A stretch of DNA of 64,000 nt from Flavobacterium sp. (GCF_027533505.1 NZ_JAPZUB010000056.1:77-64076); one strand, 5' to 3'; shown: positions 19,681 to 30,997, numbered from the stretch's first letter. Made by a program: numbers and translations. The notes: generated by a model from the letters alone, not told the origin.

Positions 19681-20223
19681 ATGAATAGTATCAACCCAAA
19701 TAAATCAAACATGAACAAACCCCATGGTTCCCGCTCGTTTTGGAGTTTTATAGTCATCACATTGACTTTATTCTTCACGTTTTCAAGCGAAGTCTTTGCA
19801 CAGGGCAGGCAAAATGCCCCATCAGTCCGATCATTAGATGCCTACATCAATGGTGGAAATGATCCCGAGCGCACGCGCTTGAAGGATTTGGTCTTCGAGG
19901 TACAGTCCTCGGTTTACTTTTTCGACAACGTAGTCAAAACCTACGGTAGTACACCTGTAAATGTCTATACTGACTTCAACGGATTTATCCGTTTACCACA
20001 GGCAAATTTTCAAAAACAAACCATCGAATTGATTACTATTCGCATTGACGAACCTTCCCAAATTATCGGTGCATTAAATTTGAATACGCTATCAAGTTTC
20101 ACCAAGCTTCGTTATGTGTATGTGTTAACAGCTTTTCCATACACGCTACCTCAAATTTCGCAGGTAGTAACGTCAGCTGGAACAAACTATATTGTTGTAT
20201 TTAAAAGCGAACCTGGATCTTAA
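19681..20223 (+). CDS. Hypothetical exported protein heading the T9SS adhesin operon
   Basis: 180-aa ORF with a hydrophobic signal segment ending VFAQ; 26 nt upstream of the adhesin ATG. Confidence 0.7.
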   Translation: MNSINPNKSNMNKPHGSRSFWSFIVITLTLFFTFSSEVFAQGRQNAPSVRSLDAYINGGNDPERTRLKDLVFEVQSSVYFFDNVVKTYGSTPVNVYTDFNGFIRLPQANFQKQTIELITIRIDEPSQIIGALNLNTLSSFTKLRYVYVLTAFPYTLPQISQVVTSAGTNYIVVFKSEPGS

Positions 20224-20249
20224 TCCAGTTTATTTAAAAGTTGAATACC

Positions 20250-23200
20250 ATGAAAAACAACTATATGACTTTCAAATCGAACAAAACCCACTTTTTACTG
20301 CTTCAGCTCATCCTTCTTTTTGGAAGCTTAAGTTTGCTTCATGCACAGGTTTATGTTCCGTTTTCACAACGTACCTCTTCGTTTACGCCTACACAAACGG
20401 TTTACAATGTGAAAGGAGATTTTACCATGATTGGTAATACCAACCTGACCTTACAAAACTATGGGAATAATACTAATAACAACAATAATACTATGGTATA
20501 TGTTGATGTTGATGGTAATTCACCCATTGGATTAGGAGGAAGTCCTACTTTTAACTCCTCTTCAGCTAACTTAACTTTCTCAACAGAAAATGGAGCTATC
20601 CCTTCTTGTTCTAAAATCGTTTTTGCTGGATTATATTGGACAGGTCGGGCTAGTCAATCCACTGCTGGAACTTCAAATACTTTTAATGTAATTCGTACCA
20701 TTAATGGAACTAGTTACACAAAACAATTTGATAAACGAAGAGTAATGTTAAGAGGTCCTAGCGCATCTACATATACTATGATGACGGCTACTAATAATAA
20801 CATTTATTACCCAACTAACACATCAGACTACATCTATTCTGGATATACAGAAATTACAGACTATGTTCGTCAAAACGGTTTGGGAACTTATACAGTAGCA
20901 GATATTGCTCTTCGTGATGGTAACGGAGGTGGAACAGGATACTCTGGAGGATGGGGTATAGTAGTTGTATATGAAAACTCCAAAATGAAGTACCGAGACA
21001 TCACAATTTTTGACGGTCATGCATACATGAATGGTTTATCAACAACGAACCTACCGGTTTCTGGTTTTAACACCGTACAAAACGGAAATGTAGGTGTCAA
21101 ATTAGGTTTGATGGCTTCTGAAGGGGATGTTAGCCTTACTGGTGATTTTTTCAGAATTCAGAATCTAAACACCGCTAATTATACTAATTTATCGCACAGT
21201 GGTAATAGCGCCTCTAACTTTTTTAACTCGTCCATAGCGACCGGTGGAAATACTCGTAATCCGAATTTACAAAATAATACGGGGATCGATATTTCCATGT
21301 TTAATTTGAATAACACCAATAACGCTATTATTGGAAATAGTCAAACGTCAACCAATTTCCAATACGGAAGTGGTGGTGACGTATATGCTATTTTTAATAT
21401 CACCATGGCGGTTGATGCTTATATTCCAGAACCTGAAGGTTTATTGACTGTAACACAACTCAATGGTGTCAATGTCTCTGCAGCACCTTACACAATTCAG
21501 CCTGGTCAAGACATGACTTTTACGGTTGATATTCGCAATCAAGGTACCGAAGCAATCAACAATGCAAAAATTGTGATTCCTGTCCCTTACAATGCGACTT
21601 ATGTACCTAATACGGCTTCGGGTAGTGTATTTTTTACTCCGCTTCCAACACCCAATTCAATCACGTTTAACCCTTCATTAGGGGCTACAGGTTCAATTGT
21701 TTGGGATTTTGGTCGTTTACCATTACCTACTACTCCCAACCAAGTGTTGGCTCGTTTGACATTTAAATTAAGAGCGACAACGGATTGTACTATTTTAAAT
21801 AATAGTGCTTGTGGTAATGCCATATTAGTAAATGGTACTTTATCTGGTACAGGTGCAATAACAGGAGTAGTATTTAATAACCGTCCTTTAATTCAAGGTC
21901 ACACCTCAAACGGAACATGTATTGGGGAGCCTATTACACAATCGATATCAATTGCAATAAATGGAACCAATTATGTTAATGCAAATTGTCAAGGGGTACC
22001 TGCAATTCGAAACTTTGCGTATTGTGGTTCTGGAAATACGGTTCCTGTCACTGATGTAGCCTCAAGTTTTCCTGTAGGCTCTTCTTTCTACAATGAATTC
22101 CCTGTAGATTCCAATACGATTCAATATACAAGCACAAACCCCTTTCCAATTACACCCGGTTCAACCGTAACCTATTATGCTGTACCTGCTGGTGCAAGCG
22201 GTTGTTTTATTCCATTTACGATTTCGCGTTGTAATAAAATTATCGCCAATGATGATGCCGGTTCGTCGGTTGTTGGTGCTGCGGGTGGAGTTTCATTTAC
22301 CAATGTTTTAATCAATGATACATTGAATGGAAACCCAGTGACAACATCACAAGTAGTTATTTCGCAAATTTCAACATCCAATGCTGGGGTAACATTATCA
22401 GGTAACAATGTTGTTGTTGCTCCAGGTACCCCTGCTGGCAACTATACTTTAGTTTACCAAATTTGTGAAGTATCCAATCCAACCAACTGTGATACTGCAA
22501 CAGTTACAGTACCTGTCTCAGCTGCTGTTATTAATGCTGTTGATGATTCTGGAAGCGCTAATGGCGCTACTGGTGGCACAGCAGTACCTAATGTATTGGT
22601 TAACGATACATTAAACGGACAGCCTGTAGTATTAGCGCAGGTAAATTTAACCCAAGTTTCTACTTCAAATCCAAATGTAACTTTAGATCCTACAACGGGT
22701 GCGGTGAATGTAGCTGCTGGAACTCCGGCCGGTAATTATACTTTAGTATACCAAATCTGTGAAATCGTAAATCCATCGAACTGTGATACCGCTATCGTAA
22801 CAGTAACTGTTGCTGCGCCTATCATTGTGGCTAATGACGATGCAGGAACTCCTGTAAACGGTTTTGCAGGTGGAACTTCATTCACTAACGTTTTAGTAAA
22901 CGATACCTTAAACGGGCAGCCTGTGGTGGCTTCTCAAGTGAATACTACTTTCGTTTCTTCTACCCATCCAGGTATTACCCTTGTTGGTACTGATGTGGTA
23001 GTAGCGCCTGGTACACCTGCGGGTTCATACCAATTGGTATATCAAATCTGTGAAGTAATCAATCCTTCGAATTGTGATACTGCTACAGTATTTGTTACTG
23101 TTCATCTACCACAGATCATTGCTAACGATGACAACTTTACAATTCTTTGTTCAGCTAACGGTTCTTTAGGTAATGCAATCTCAAATGATACTTTGAATGG

Positions 23201-24959
23201 ATTACCAATAACTAGTGGATTAGTAAACTTTACAATTCTATCTGGTGCAGCACCAAATATTGTAATTGATACCAATGGAAATATTTCACTTACTGAGACG
23301 GGTAGTTGTGGAACTTATACTTTCACTTACCAAATTTGTGAAGTTTTAAACCCAAATAACTGTGACACTGCTACTATAACAATTACTATCCAAGATACAA
23401 CCAACCCAACGTTCGTAGAAGCGTTACCTGCGGATGTAACAGCGGAATGTTCTAACGTTCCTGCTGCGGTAACTTTAACCGCTACGGATGATTGTGGTGA
23501 GGCTAACGTAACTTTCAACGAAGTAACTACTGCGGGGGCTTGTCCGGGTGCTTATACCTTGACACGTACGTGGACGGCAACAGATGCTTGTGGCAACACT
23601 ACATCACACGTTCAAACCGTAACGGTTCAAGATACAACCAACCCAACTTTCGTAGAAACGTTACCTGCGGATGTAACGGCGGAATGTTCTAACGTTCCTG
23701 CTGCGGTAACTTTAACCGCTACGGATAACTGTGGGGCGGCTAACGTAACTTTCAACGAAGTAACTACTGCGGGAGCTTGTCCTGGTGCTTATACCTTGAC
23801 ACGTACGTGGACGGCAACAGACGCTTGTGGTAACACAACCACGCACGTTCAAACCGTAACTGTTCAAGATACAACCAACCCAACGTTCGTAGAATCATTA
23901 CCTGCAGATGTAACAGCGGAATGTTCTAACGTTCCTGCTGCGGCTACCCTTACTGCTACTGACAACTGTGGGGCAGCTAACGTAACTTTCAACGAAGCAA
24001 CTACTGCGGGGGCTTGTCCTGGTGCATATACCTTGACACGTACGTGGACGGCAACAGATGCTTGTGATAACACAACATCGCACGTTCAAACCGTAACTGT
24101 TCAAGATACGACAGCGCCTCAGATTGCAACAGCATATCAAACTGTAATTAGTGCTACTTGTGATGCAGTTCCTGCAGCTCCAGAATTACAGTTTACAGAT
24201 AACTGTGCTGCTACGGTTACTGTAGTGTTTAATGAAACAAGTACTACACCTGTTAATGGATCGTATACAATTGTTCGTACATGGACAGTTTCTGATAGTT
24301 GTAATAACACAAACACGTATACACAAACTGTAAACGTTACTGTTAATGCAACGACAAATCAGTATGCTTATCCTGAGGCTGTATGTACCGATGATAATAC
24401 TTTATTAATTGATATTGCTGCTGTTATTGCTACGCAGTTCCCTGGTACAGATACTACTTCTGGAACTTGGACTGACATGAACAATTCAGGAGGTTTAAAT
24501 ACAACAACTGGAGTATTTAATCCATACCAATTGCCTGATGACACTTATGTAATTAAGTATACATTACCAACAGCAACGTGTCCGATTGAATTCTTAGTAT
24601 CTATTAATGCAAATGATGAAGTTTGTACTGTATTACCAGCTTGTCAACCTATCATTGTTAACAATGCAGTTACACCAAATGGTGACGGTGCTAATGATTT
24701 CTTTATCATTGAAAATATTCAAGATATTACATGTTACCCGGAAAATACGGTTGAAATTTACAACCGTTGGGGTGTGAAAGTATTTGATACTACAAATTAC
24801 GACAACACTTCAAGAGTATTCCGTGGAATTTCAGAAGGTAGAGCAACCGTAAATCAGTCTGCTGAATTACCAACAGGTACCTACTTCTACATTTTGAAAT
24901 ATAAAAAAGCGGATGGTAACTTTGTAACTAAAAACGGATATTTGTATTTGTCAAGATAA
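20250..24959 (+). CDS. Large T9SS type-B-CTD (gliding-motility-associated C-terminal domain) adhesin, SprB-like
   Basis: Signal peptide, DUF11-like segment, 4 ANDD Ig-like repeats and HYR-like repeats. The CTD reads [14 protein letters not shown]...N.VEIYNRWG...GTYFYIL...GYLYLSR. Confidence 0.9.
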   Translation: MKNNYMTFKSNKTHFLLLQLILLFGSLSLLHAQVYVPFSQRTSSFTPTQTVYNVKGDFTMIGNTNLTLQNYGNNTNNNNNTMVYVDVDGNSPIGLGGSPTFNSSSANLTFSTENGAIPSCSKIVFAGLYWTGRASQSTAGTSNTFNVIRTINGTSYTKQFDKRRVMLRGPSASTYTMMTATNNNIYYPTNTSDYIYSGYTEITDYVRQNGLGTYTVADIALRDGNGGGTGYSGGWGIVVVYENSKMKYRDITIFDGHAYMNGLSTTNLPVSGFNTVQNGNVGVKLGLMASEGDVSLTGDFFRIQNLNTANYTNLSHSGNSASNFFNSSIATGGNTRNPNLQNNTGIDISMFNLNNTNNAIIGNSQTSTNFQYGSGGDVYAIFNITMAVDAYIPEPEGLLTVTQLNGVNVSAAPYTIQPGQDMTFTVDIRNQGTEAINNAKIVIPVPYNATYVPNTASGSVFFTPLPTPNSITFNPSLGATGSIVWDFGRLPLPTTPNQVLARLTFKLRATTDCTILNNSACGNAILVNGTLSGTGAITGVVFNNRPLIQGHTSNGTCIGEPITQSISIAINGTNYVNANCQGVPAIRNFAYCGSGNTVPVTDVASSFPVGSSFYNEFPVDSNTIQYTSTNPFPITPGSTVTYYAVPAGASGCFIPFTISRCNKIIANDDAGSSVVGAAGGVSFTNVLINDTLNGNPVTTSQVVISQISTSNAGVTLSGNNVVVAPGTPAGNYTLVYQICEVSNPTNCDTATVTVPVSAAVINAVDDSGSANGATGGTAVPNVLVNDTLNGQPVVLAQVNLTQVSTSNPNVTLDPTTGAVNVAAGTPAGNYTLVYQICEIVNPSNCDTAIVTVTVAAPIIVANDDAGTPVNGFAGGTSFTNVLVNDTLNGQPVVASQVNTTFVSSTHPGITLVGTDVVVAPGTPAGSYQLVYQICEVINPSNCDTATVFVTVHLPQIIANDDNFTILCSANGSLGNAISNDTLNGLPITSGLVNFTILSGAAPNIVIDTNGNISLTETGSCGTYTFTYQICEVLNPNNCDTATITITIQDTTNPTFVEALPADVTAECSNVPAAVTLTATDDCGEANVTFNEVTTAGACPGAYTLTRTWTATDACGNTTSHVQTVTVQDTTNPTFVETLPADVTAECSNVPAAVTLTATDNCGAANVTFNEVTTAGACPGAYTLTRTWTATDACGNTTTHVQTVTVQDTTNPTFVESLPADVTAECSNVPAAATLTATDNCGAANVTFNEATTAGACPGAYTLTRTWTATDACDNTTSHVQTVTVQDTTAPQIATAYQTVISATCDAVPAAPELQFTDNCAATVTVVFNETSTTPVNGSYTIVRTWTVSDSCNNTNTYTQTVNVTVNATTNQYAYPEAVCTDDNTLLIDIAAVIATQFPGTDTTSGTWTDMNNSGGLNTTTGVFNPYQLPDDTYVIKYTLPTATCPIEFLVSINANDEVCTVLPACQPIIVNNAVTPNGDGANDFFIIENIQDITCYPENTVEIYNRWGVKVFDTTNYDNTSRVFRGISEGRATVNQSAELPTGTYFYILKYKKADGNFVTKNGYLYLSR
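22239..23390 (+). repeat. Four roughly 97-aa ANDD/AVDD Ig-like repeats in the adhesin
   Basis: The N/V-DD motif codons start at 22248, 22539, 22833 and 23124 (291-294 bp period). Each repeat ends YQICE..NP.NCDTA.V. Confidence 0.8.
23391..24101 (+). repeat. Three near-identical 237-bp (79-aa) HYR-like tandem repeats, with a degenerate fourth from 24102
   Basis: CAAGATAC starts at 23391, 23628, 23865 and 24102; the first three copies are nearly identical at DNA level. Confidence 0.95.
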
Positions 24960-24965
24960 TCTATC

Positions 24966-24994
24966 AACGGGGGGTTATGCCCTAACCCCCGGTT
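24966..24994 (+). other. Intra-operon GC hairpin between the adhesin and sprF-like genes
   Basis: GGGGGTTA-TGCCC-TAACCCCC stem with no U-tract; possibly stabilises the mRNA. Confidence 0.5.
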
Positions 24995-25015
24995 GTTAAT
25001 TTAACACCCAAATAA

Positions 25016-25927
25016 ATGAAAACAAGAATTTTAATTTTCGGAATGCTGTTAACGGGTTGGATGAGCTTTGCTCAACAAGACGCCCAGTATACGCAATATA
25101 TGTATAACACCATCAATATCAATCCAGCTTATGCAGGGTCGCGTGGTGTGATGAGCTTTTTCGGGTTACACCGAACTCAGTGGGTAGGTTTAGATGGAGC
25201 ACCGGTAACCAATGCGTTTTCGATGAACACTCCTATTGAATTTACCAATTTGGGACTAGGATTATCTTTTGTAAACGATCGTATAGGTCCAACGTCTGAA
25301 AATACAATTTCAGCGGATGTTTCCTACTCGGTTCAAACTTCAGAGAATTATAAATTATCCTTTGGAGTAAAAGCAACAGGGAACTTATTCAACTTGGATG
25401 TTACGCGTTTGACTTATCAAAATCCAAATGACCCCTTATTACAAAATTTGAATAACAACTTTAGTATGAATGTAGGGGCAGGCGTTTATTTCCACTCTGA
25501 TAAATCATATGTTGGGTTGTCGGTTCCTAATTTCTTTGAAACCAAGCGTTACGATGATAATGATGTGGCCGTTTATAAAGAGCGAATGAACTTTTATTTA
25601 ATTGGTGGATACGTTTTTGATTTGTCACCCAATTTAAAATTCAAACCCGCTTTCTTGTCTAAAGTTGTTGAAGGGGCTCCCTTTCAATTGGATGTTTCTG
25701 GTAACTTCTTAATTCAAGAAAAACTGACGCTAGGTGCTGCTTGGCGTTGGGGTGCAGCCATGAGTGCTATGGTTGGATTTCAAATTACAGACGGTTTATT
25801 TGCCGGATATGCGTATGATTTGGAAACCACACGTTTGGCAAACTATAACTCAGGATCTCACGAGATTTTCTTGCGCTTTGAATTATTCAGACGCGATGAT
25901 CGAATTGTATCACCAAGATTCTTTTAA
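25016..25927 (+). CDS. T9SS membrane protein, PorP/SprF family
   Basis: AQQDAQYTQYMYN..NINPAYAG, RTQWVGLDGAP, GYAYD and C-terminal GSHEIFLRFEL...SPRFF. Confidence 0.93.
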   Translation: MKTRILIFGMLLTGWMSFAQQDAQYTQYMYNTININPAYAGSRGVMSFFGLHRTQWVGLDGAPVTNAFSMNTPIEFTNLGLGLSFVNDRIGPTSENTISADVSYSVQTSENYKLSFGVKATGNLFNLDVTRLTYQNPNDPLLQNLNNNFSMNVGAGVYFHSDKSYVGLSVPNFFETKRYDDNDVAVYKERMNFYLIGGYVFDLSPNLKFKPAFLSKVVEGAPFQLDVSGNFLIQEKLTLGAAWRWGAAMSAMVGFQITDGLFAGYAYDLETTRLANYNSGSHEIFLRFELFRRDDRIVSPRFF

Positions 25928-25945
25928 TCTAATTACCAGCACACC

Positions 25946-27898
25946 ATGAAAAATAAATTTTTACATATCGCTTTAATCGCCATTGCTACCTGTAGTACTT
26001 TGACGGCTCAAAATAACAAAGTGGCCAAAGGAACCAAGCAATACGATAACTACGCCTATGTTGATGCGATAAAAACCTACGAACGTATTTTTGCGAAGGG
26101 ATACAAATCTCAAGATATGCTGCAAAAGTTAGGAGACTCCTATTATTACAAAGGAGATTATGACAATGCAGCCAAATGGTACACCGAATTATTTGCGTTT
26201 ACCAAAGAGGTAACTCCTGAATACTATTTCCGTTATGCTCAAGCATTAAAGGCAACAAAAGATTATAAAAAAGCCGATGAGATGATGGCTGCTTTTAACC
26301 AAAAAAGTGGGAATGAGCAACGTGCTAAATTGGCGGCATCGCAAAAGGACTATATGGCCCAAATCAAGAAAAACTCAGGACGCTTTACGCTTGAAAACGC
26401 AGGCATAAACTCGGAGTACTCGGATTATGGAACGTCCTATTATGGCACTAAAGTTGTTTTCTCTACTGCCCGCGATACGGGAGGAATAGGAAAACGTAAA
26501 CACACTTGGACCGGAGAAAGTTTTACCAATTTGTACACTGCTGACCTGGGGGAACAAGGAGCTTTATCCAATCCTAAACGTATGAATGAAGGTTTGAATT
26601 CACGTTTTAATGAATCGACATCAGCCTTCACCAAAGATGGAAAAACCGTATACTTCACTCGAAACAGCTTTTTGACCAAACGTGAGAAAAACAGTAAAGG
26701 GTCTACGTTACAGAAAATCTACACTGCAACCTTAGAAAATGGAAAATGGGTAAATATCAAAGAATTACCTTTTTGTAGTGAGGATTACCAAGTGGCGCAC
26801 CCAACCTTGAGCGCAGACGAGAAAACATTGTACTTTGCTTCGGATATGCCTGGAACTAAAGGAGTTTCTGACTTGTATAAAGTGGCTATCAATGGCGATG
26901 GCACTTTTGGAACTCCCGAAAACTTAGGCGATGTAATCAACACTGAGGGACGTGAAACGTTTCCAATGATTGCTGCCGACGGGGAATTTTACTTTGCCTC
27001 TGACGGACACCCTGGATTAGGTGGTTTGGATGTATTTATGGCCAAAGTACAACCCGATGGTAGTTTCAAACGCGTACACAATGTGGGTGAGCCTGTAAAT
27101 AGCAATAAAGATGATTTTGCTTTCATTATTAACGCCAAAGACCGAACAGGATACGTATCTTCCAACCGCGAAGGGGGTAATGGTAATGATGACATTTACC
27201 GTTTCAAAGAAAACACCCGATTGGTCGATTGTGAACAAGCGGTACACGGTATTGTTACCGACAAAGAAACAGGCAAACCTTTGGCAGGGGTATCCGTAGT
27301 GTTGCAAGATCAAAACTTCAAAATCTTGAAGGAAATGAAAACCGATGCAGAAGGAAAATTTGATTTTGGTACGCAAGATTGTGAAACCAAGTTTTATATC
27401 AAGTCTACTTTACCGGAATACAACACAGTCGATACTCCTTTAATGACCGCGAATGAAACTGGTAAAACGTTTGTTCATGTAGAAATGGAGCGCACGGTTA
27501 AACCTGTAACGGTTGGCGACGACTTATTTAAAGCGTTTGGTATTAAGATCATTTATTTTGACTTAGATAAATCAAATATCCGTCCGGATGCTGCCGTTGA
27601 GTTGGCCAAAATTTTGGATATCTTAGAACAATATCCTACAATGGAAATCGATGTGCGTTCGCATACCGACTGTCGTCAAACTTATAAGTACAACATGTCC
27701 TTATCTGATCGTAGAGCAAAATCTACCGTGGCTTGGTTGATCAAAAATGGTATTGCTGCGAGTCGTTTGACAGGCAAAGGTTACGGAGAGTCACAATTGG
27801 TTAACGATTGTGCTTGTGAACCAACCAACAAGTCCGAATGTACCGAAGAACAACACCAAGCCAACCGTCGTTCAGAATTCATCATTACTAAATTATAA
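25946..27898 (+). CDS. OmpA-family PorE-like protein (TPR, PD40 propeller, carboxypeptidase-regulatory-like and OmpA domains)
   Basis: PD40 motifs LYFASDMPG and FYFASDGHPGLGGLD; OmpA motifs IYFDLDKSNIR, SHTDCR and NRRSEF. Confidence 0.9.
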   Translation: MKNKFLHIALIAIATCSTLTAQNNKVAKGTKQYDNYAYVDAIKTYERIFAKGYKSQDMLQKLGDSYYYKGDYDNAAKWYTELFAFTKEVTPEYYFRYAQALKATKDYKKADEMMAAFNQKSGNEQRAKLAASQKDYMAQIKKNSGRFTLENAGINSEYSDYGTSYYGTKVVFSTARDTGGIGKRKHTWTGESFTNLYTADLGEQGALSNPKRMNEGLNSRFNESTSAFTKDGKTVYFTRNSFLTKREKNSKGSTLQKIYTATLENGKWVNIKELPFCSEDYQVAHPTLSADEKTLYFASDMPGTKGVSDLYKVAINGDGTFGTPENLGDVINTEGRETFPMIAADGEFYFASDGHPGLGGLDVFMAKVQPDGSFKRVHNVGEPVNSNKDDFAFIINAKDRTGYVSSNREGGNGNDDIYRFKENTRLVDCEQAVHGIVTDKETGKPLAGVSVVLQDQNFKILKEMKTDAEGKFDFGTQDCETKFYIKSTLPEYNTVDTPLMTANETGKTFVHVEMERTVKPVTVGDDLFKAFGIKIIYFDLDKSNIRPDAAVELAKILDILEQYPTMEIDVRSHTDCRQTYKYNMSLSDRRAKSTVAWLIKNGIAASRLTGKGYGESQLVNDCACEPTNKSECTEEQHQANRRSEFIITKL

Positions 27899-27923
27899 TC
27901 GCAATTATAAATTGTTTAAACCC

Positions 27924-27955
27924 GAAAACGCCCTGCTTAATGTGGGGCGTTTTTC
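27924..27955 (+). terminator. Intrinsic terminator of the adhesin operon
   Basis: AAAACGCCC...GGGCGTTTTT stem with a T-tail. Confidence 0.75.
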
Positions 27956-28366
27956 ATTGTACTCCCCCTCTATTTCCATTCCCTTAAAGTACGCTTCCAT
28001 CAAGGATGGACGATACAACATTTGCAGTGCACTTTTCCCGCTTTGTTGCCTTTACAAGGCCGCGTTGTAAACATTCTGAATATCATTGCTACATAATGAT
28101 AAATCCATGCTTAAATGCATTCAAACAAACGATTATTGCAGGCGGGTACGGTTTACATTTAAAAGCAAATGGAACGCGAAACTTGTATTTTCTGAAAGGC
28201 AAGTTCAAATACGGTTTAAGGCTTTCAAAGCTTTCGAGTAATCACTAATCCAAATCGTCATAGAACATTTTTTAAAGCTAACGAAAAGCCTTAAAAATTG
28301 CCTTTACATCAAATGTTGATTGCACCGTTCTATCCTGCAGTGCTTTTTGAAAAATGAGGTTGTACT

Positions 28367-28432
28367 CAGCCCGGATAGAGCCGGCATCCCCCGATGGATA
28401 TCGGGGATATAGGCGAAAGCCGGATCGGGTTG
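28367..28432 (+). ncRNA. Structured intergenic RNA motif resembling Flavo-1
   Basis: Nested pairings CAGCCCG/CGGGTTG, CCGGC/GCCGG and CCCCGAT/ATCGGGG. The layout GGATAGAG.CGGCATCC-[stem]-GATATAG.CGAAAGCC matches my recollection of Flavo-1; not verified. Confidence 0.5.
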
Positions 28433-28470
28433 TAAAGAACGTGGAATTGTGTTGCTGCCCAACATAAAAC

Positions 28471-28496
28471 AAAAAAAAACCACTCCGGAGAGTGGT
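28471..28496 (-). terminator. Intrinsic terminator after the CAP gene
   Basis: ACCACTC-CGGA-GAGTGGT stem with T9 on the minus strand. Confidence 0.8.
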
Positions 28497-28527
28497 CATT
28501 TCAAAATCAAACAAAACTATAAATCAA

Positions 28528-29025
28528 TTATCTTTTCATAAATATGTTCGTAAAGTAACGGCGTCCGTTGGCGGGATTAATGGTAATTGATACGCCAAAG
28601 TGGGTGTAATCGCCTTCGATGTTGGCTTTGTGGCCTGGGCTATTCAACCAAGCATTCAATGCAGAGGCTGGAGTTGAAAAATTGTAAGCTACATTCTCAC
28701 CTACCCGTACAGCGCCCAATACATGCTTGATATTGTCGGCACGCTCCTCAAATAGGTCGTGACTTACCACATTATTTTCAATCATGTATTCGTTATGCTC
28801 AAAGGATTTGAATGAGATGTGGTTTACGATTTCCAAGCGGTTTAACCCTTGGCTGGCACGGTAATCGTTTAAACGGGTAGCTAAATCCGTTTCTTCTGCG
28901 GTATAATCATAAGCAGTGACTAATCGATAATCGTTGGTTGAAGTAGCTTCTTCATCTTTGGAACACGATACTAATGTAAACACCAATGCGATTGGTAAAA
29001 ACATTCTAAGTAGTTTTGCTTTCAT
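28528..29025 (-). CDS. CAP (SCP/Tpx-1/Ag5/PR-1) domain lipoprotein
   Basis: Lipobox LVSC; motifs NDYRASQGL, SHD, GENVAYN and WLNSPGHKANI. Confidence 0.9.
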   Translation of the reverse strand: MKAKLLRMFLPIALVFTLVSCSKDEEATSTNDYRLVTAYDYTAEETDLATRLNDYRASQGLNRLEIVNHISFKSFEHNEYMIENNVVSHDLFEERADNIKHVLGAVRVGENVAYNFSTPASALNAWLNSPGHKANIEGDYTHFGVSITINPANGRRYFTNIFMKR

Positions 29026-29197
29026 AGTAGTAGGTTAAGTTTTGACGGATAGATGTGGGGCAAATATCTTGTCAGTTAGTAATTGATGAACGTTGTTTTG
29101 ATTTGGTTACCCAAACTTACTACTATACCGTTAAAGTGACAAATAAAATCGATGAATTACACTATAAATTTAAATTTATAGGTATTTTTCTTACAAT

Positions 29198-29842
29198 TTA
29201 TGGAGATAAACGTTCTATTTTCCAGTGGAAGTCAGCCTGAAGTGTATACCGAATGCGATCGTGAAGTCGGTTGGGACGCCCTTGCCAGAATTCGACCGAA
29301 TGAGGACGGACGAGATAACCGCCCCAGTGCGCAGGTCTTGGAATGGGTTGTTGTGCAAAGGTTTGTTCGAGGTCTTTTAACTTTTCATCCAAAAAAGTGC
29401 GGGAGGGTATGGGTTGACTTTGTGCTGAGACTAGGGCTCCCAATTTACTACCGTCGGGTCGTGAGTCAAAATACGCATCAGAAACGGCCTCTGGTGTTTT
29501 TTCGGCAGTGCCTTTAATGATGACCTGTCTTTCGATACCCGGCCAGAAAAAAGAAAGGCATACCTGCGGATTTACGGCTAAGGCCCTCCCCTTTTCGGAT
29601 TCATAATTGGTGTAAAAAATAAAACCTTCTTCGTTGTACTTTTTGAGTAATACTACGCGTGATTTGGGAAAACCATCCAATCCAATGGTTGCAACCGTCA
29701 TGGCATTAACTTCATCGACGCCCCCGAAATCTTCGGCTTCATGAAACCAACGATGAAAGAGATTGATAGGATCTTCAGGTATTTGAGTTTCCAGTAACTC
29801 GCTTTTGGTATAACTTTTACGGTAATCGCCTAAATCGTGCAT
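29198..29842 (-). CDS. pdxH: Pyridoxamine 5'-phosphate oxidase
   Basis: Motifs SRVVLLK, FYTNYES.KG, ERQVII, YFDSRP and EFWQGRPNRLHDR. Confidence 0.95.
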   Translation of the reverse strand: MHDLGDYRKSYTKSELLETQIPEDPINLFHRWFHEAEDFGGVDEVNAMTVATIGLDGFPKSRVVLLKKYNEEGFIFYTNYESEKGRALAVNPQVCLSFFWPGIERQVIIKGTAEKTPEAVSDAYFDSRPDGSKLGALVSAQSQPIPSRTFLDEKLKDLEQTFAQQPIPRPAHWGGYLVRPHSVEFWQGRPNRLHDRIRYTLQADFHWKIERLSP

Positions 29843-29880
29843 GATTTTTTTTTACAAAATTACGGTAAAGTACGATAAGT

Positions 29881-30795
29881 TTACCGTTGGGGTATTTCAA
29901 ATTCTTTCCCATCTTCGGCAAGCCATACGTGTGGAAAAATAGTTTCAGCTTCGGTTTTAAATGGTTCCGTCGAGCCGTAACGGGTTGAAAAATGCCCTAA
30001 AAGCAGTTGACGGACCTCGGCTTGCAAAGCGATGGAAGCGGCTTGCTTAGCTGTAGCGTGCATCGTTCGTTCGGCGAGATGCCATTCATTTTCCAGAAAA
30101 GTACTTTCATGATACAACAAATCTACTCCTTTGATCAAGGGCACTATGCGCGCATCATAACACGTATCACTGCAATAGGCATAGCTGCGCGCCATGGCAG
30201 GATCAAACGTAAGTACTTCGTTGGGTATCACACGGCCGTCTTCGAGGGTAATGTCGCCACCGTATTGAATTTTTCGAAAATACACCGGCTCGATTTCCAA
30301 TTCGGTGATGGCTGGCATATTCAGTTTTCGTTCTTTATTTTTTTCTTGAAATAAAAACCCGTTGGTATAGACGCGATGGTTGAGCGGAATGGTAGCTACC
30401 CGAACTTTCTCGTCCTCATATAAGATTTCGGAGGAGGTGGATTCTAACTCATGAAAATATAAGTTATAACCGGTATACGACCCTGACGCGCGAAGTTGTA
30501 ATAAACTAATTTCCTTGATGCCTTTGGGACCGTAAACATGCAAATCGTTTTCTCGATTGAGTAACATGAAGGTAGAAAGGAGTCCGATGAGTCCATAAAA
30601 ATGATCCCCATGCAAATGAGAAATAAATATATGGTTAATCTTGGAAAACTTAATCTTGCTTTTTCGCAATTGTACTTGCGTTCCTTCGGCACAATCAATC
30701 AAAAAAATATGGTTTTTGATTTCTAATACCTGTGATGTAGGATTAGAAAAAGTACGCGGGGTAGCGGCGTAACAACCGAGGACTGTGAGTTTCAA
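29881..30795 (-). CDS. rnz: Ribonuclease Z
   Basis: Motifs IDCAEGTQ, SHLHGDH, SDT, HESTF and GHFSTRY. Confidence 0.93.
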   Translation of the reverse strand: MKLTVLGCYAATPRTFSNPTSQVLEIKNHIFLIDCAEGTQVQLRKSKIKFSKINHIFISHLHGDHFYGLIGLLSTFMLLNRENDLHVYGPKGIKEISLLQLRASGSYTGYNLYFHELESTSSEILYEDEKVRVATIPLNHRVYTNGFLFQEKNKERKLNMPAITELEIEPVYFRKIQYGGDITLEDGRVIPNEVLTFDPAMARSYAYCSDTCYDARIVPLIKGVDLLYHESTFLENEWHLAERTMHATAKQAASIALQAEVRQLLLGHFSTRYGSTEPFKTEAETIFPHVWLAEDGKEFEIPQR

Positions 30796-30996
30796 TTACG
30801 AATCGGTTTTTTGGTTTTCAATTTTTCCAAGGCGAATAATTTTAAGAATCAATACAATAATGATTCCCAAATTGAGTCCTAACTTCAAATAATCAAAGTC
30901 GCCCGTTTTGATGTTCTCGAACAACCTTCGCACAAAAAGAAAGGTCAGTCCAAATAAAACTACGGTATAAATATATACAAAGGTTTTATTGCTCAT
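30796..30996 (-). CDS. Small two-TM hypothetical membrane protein
   Basis: 66 aa with two hydrophobic segments; fills the gap exactly between its operon neighbours. Confidence 0.6.
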   Translation of the reverse strand: MSNKTFVYIYTVVLFGLTFLFVRRLFENIKTGDFDYLKLGLNLGIIIVLILKIIRLGKIENQKTDS

Positions 30997-30997
30997 A

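Noticed and set aside
28006-28514. ORFs 28006-28248 (+) and 28278-28514 (-)
   Set aside because: They have no motifs, and the second crosses a terminator and the structured RNA; probably non-coding.
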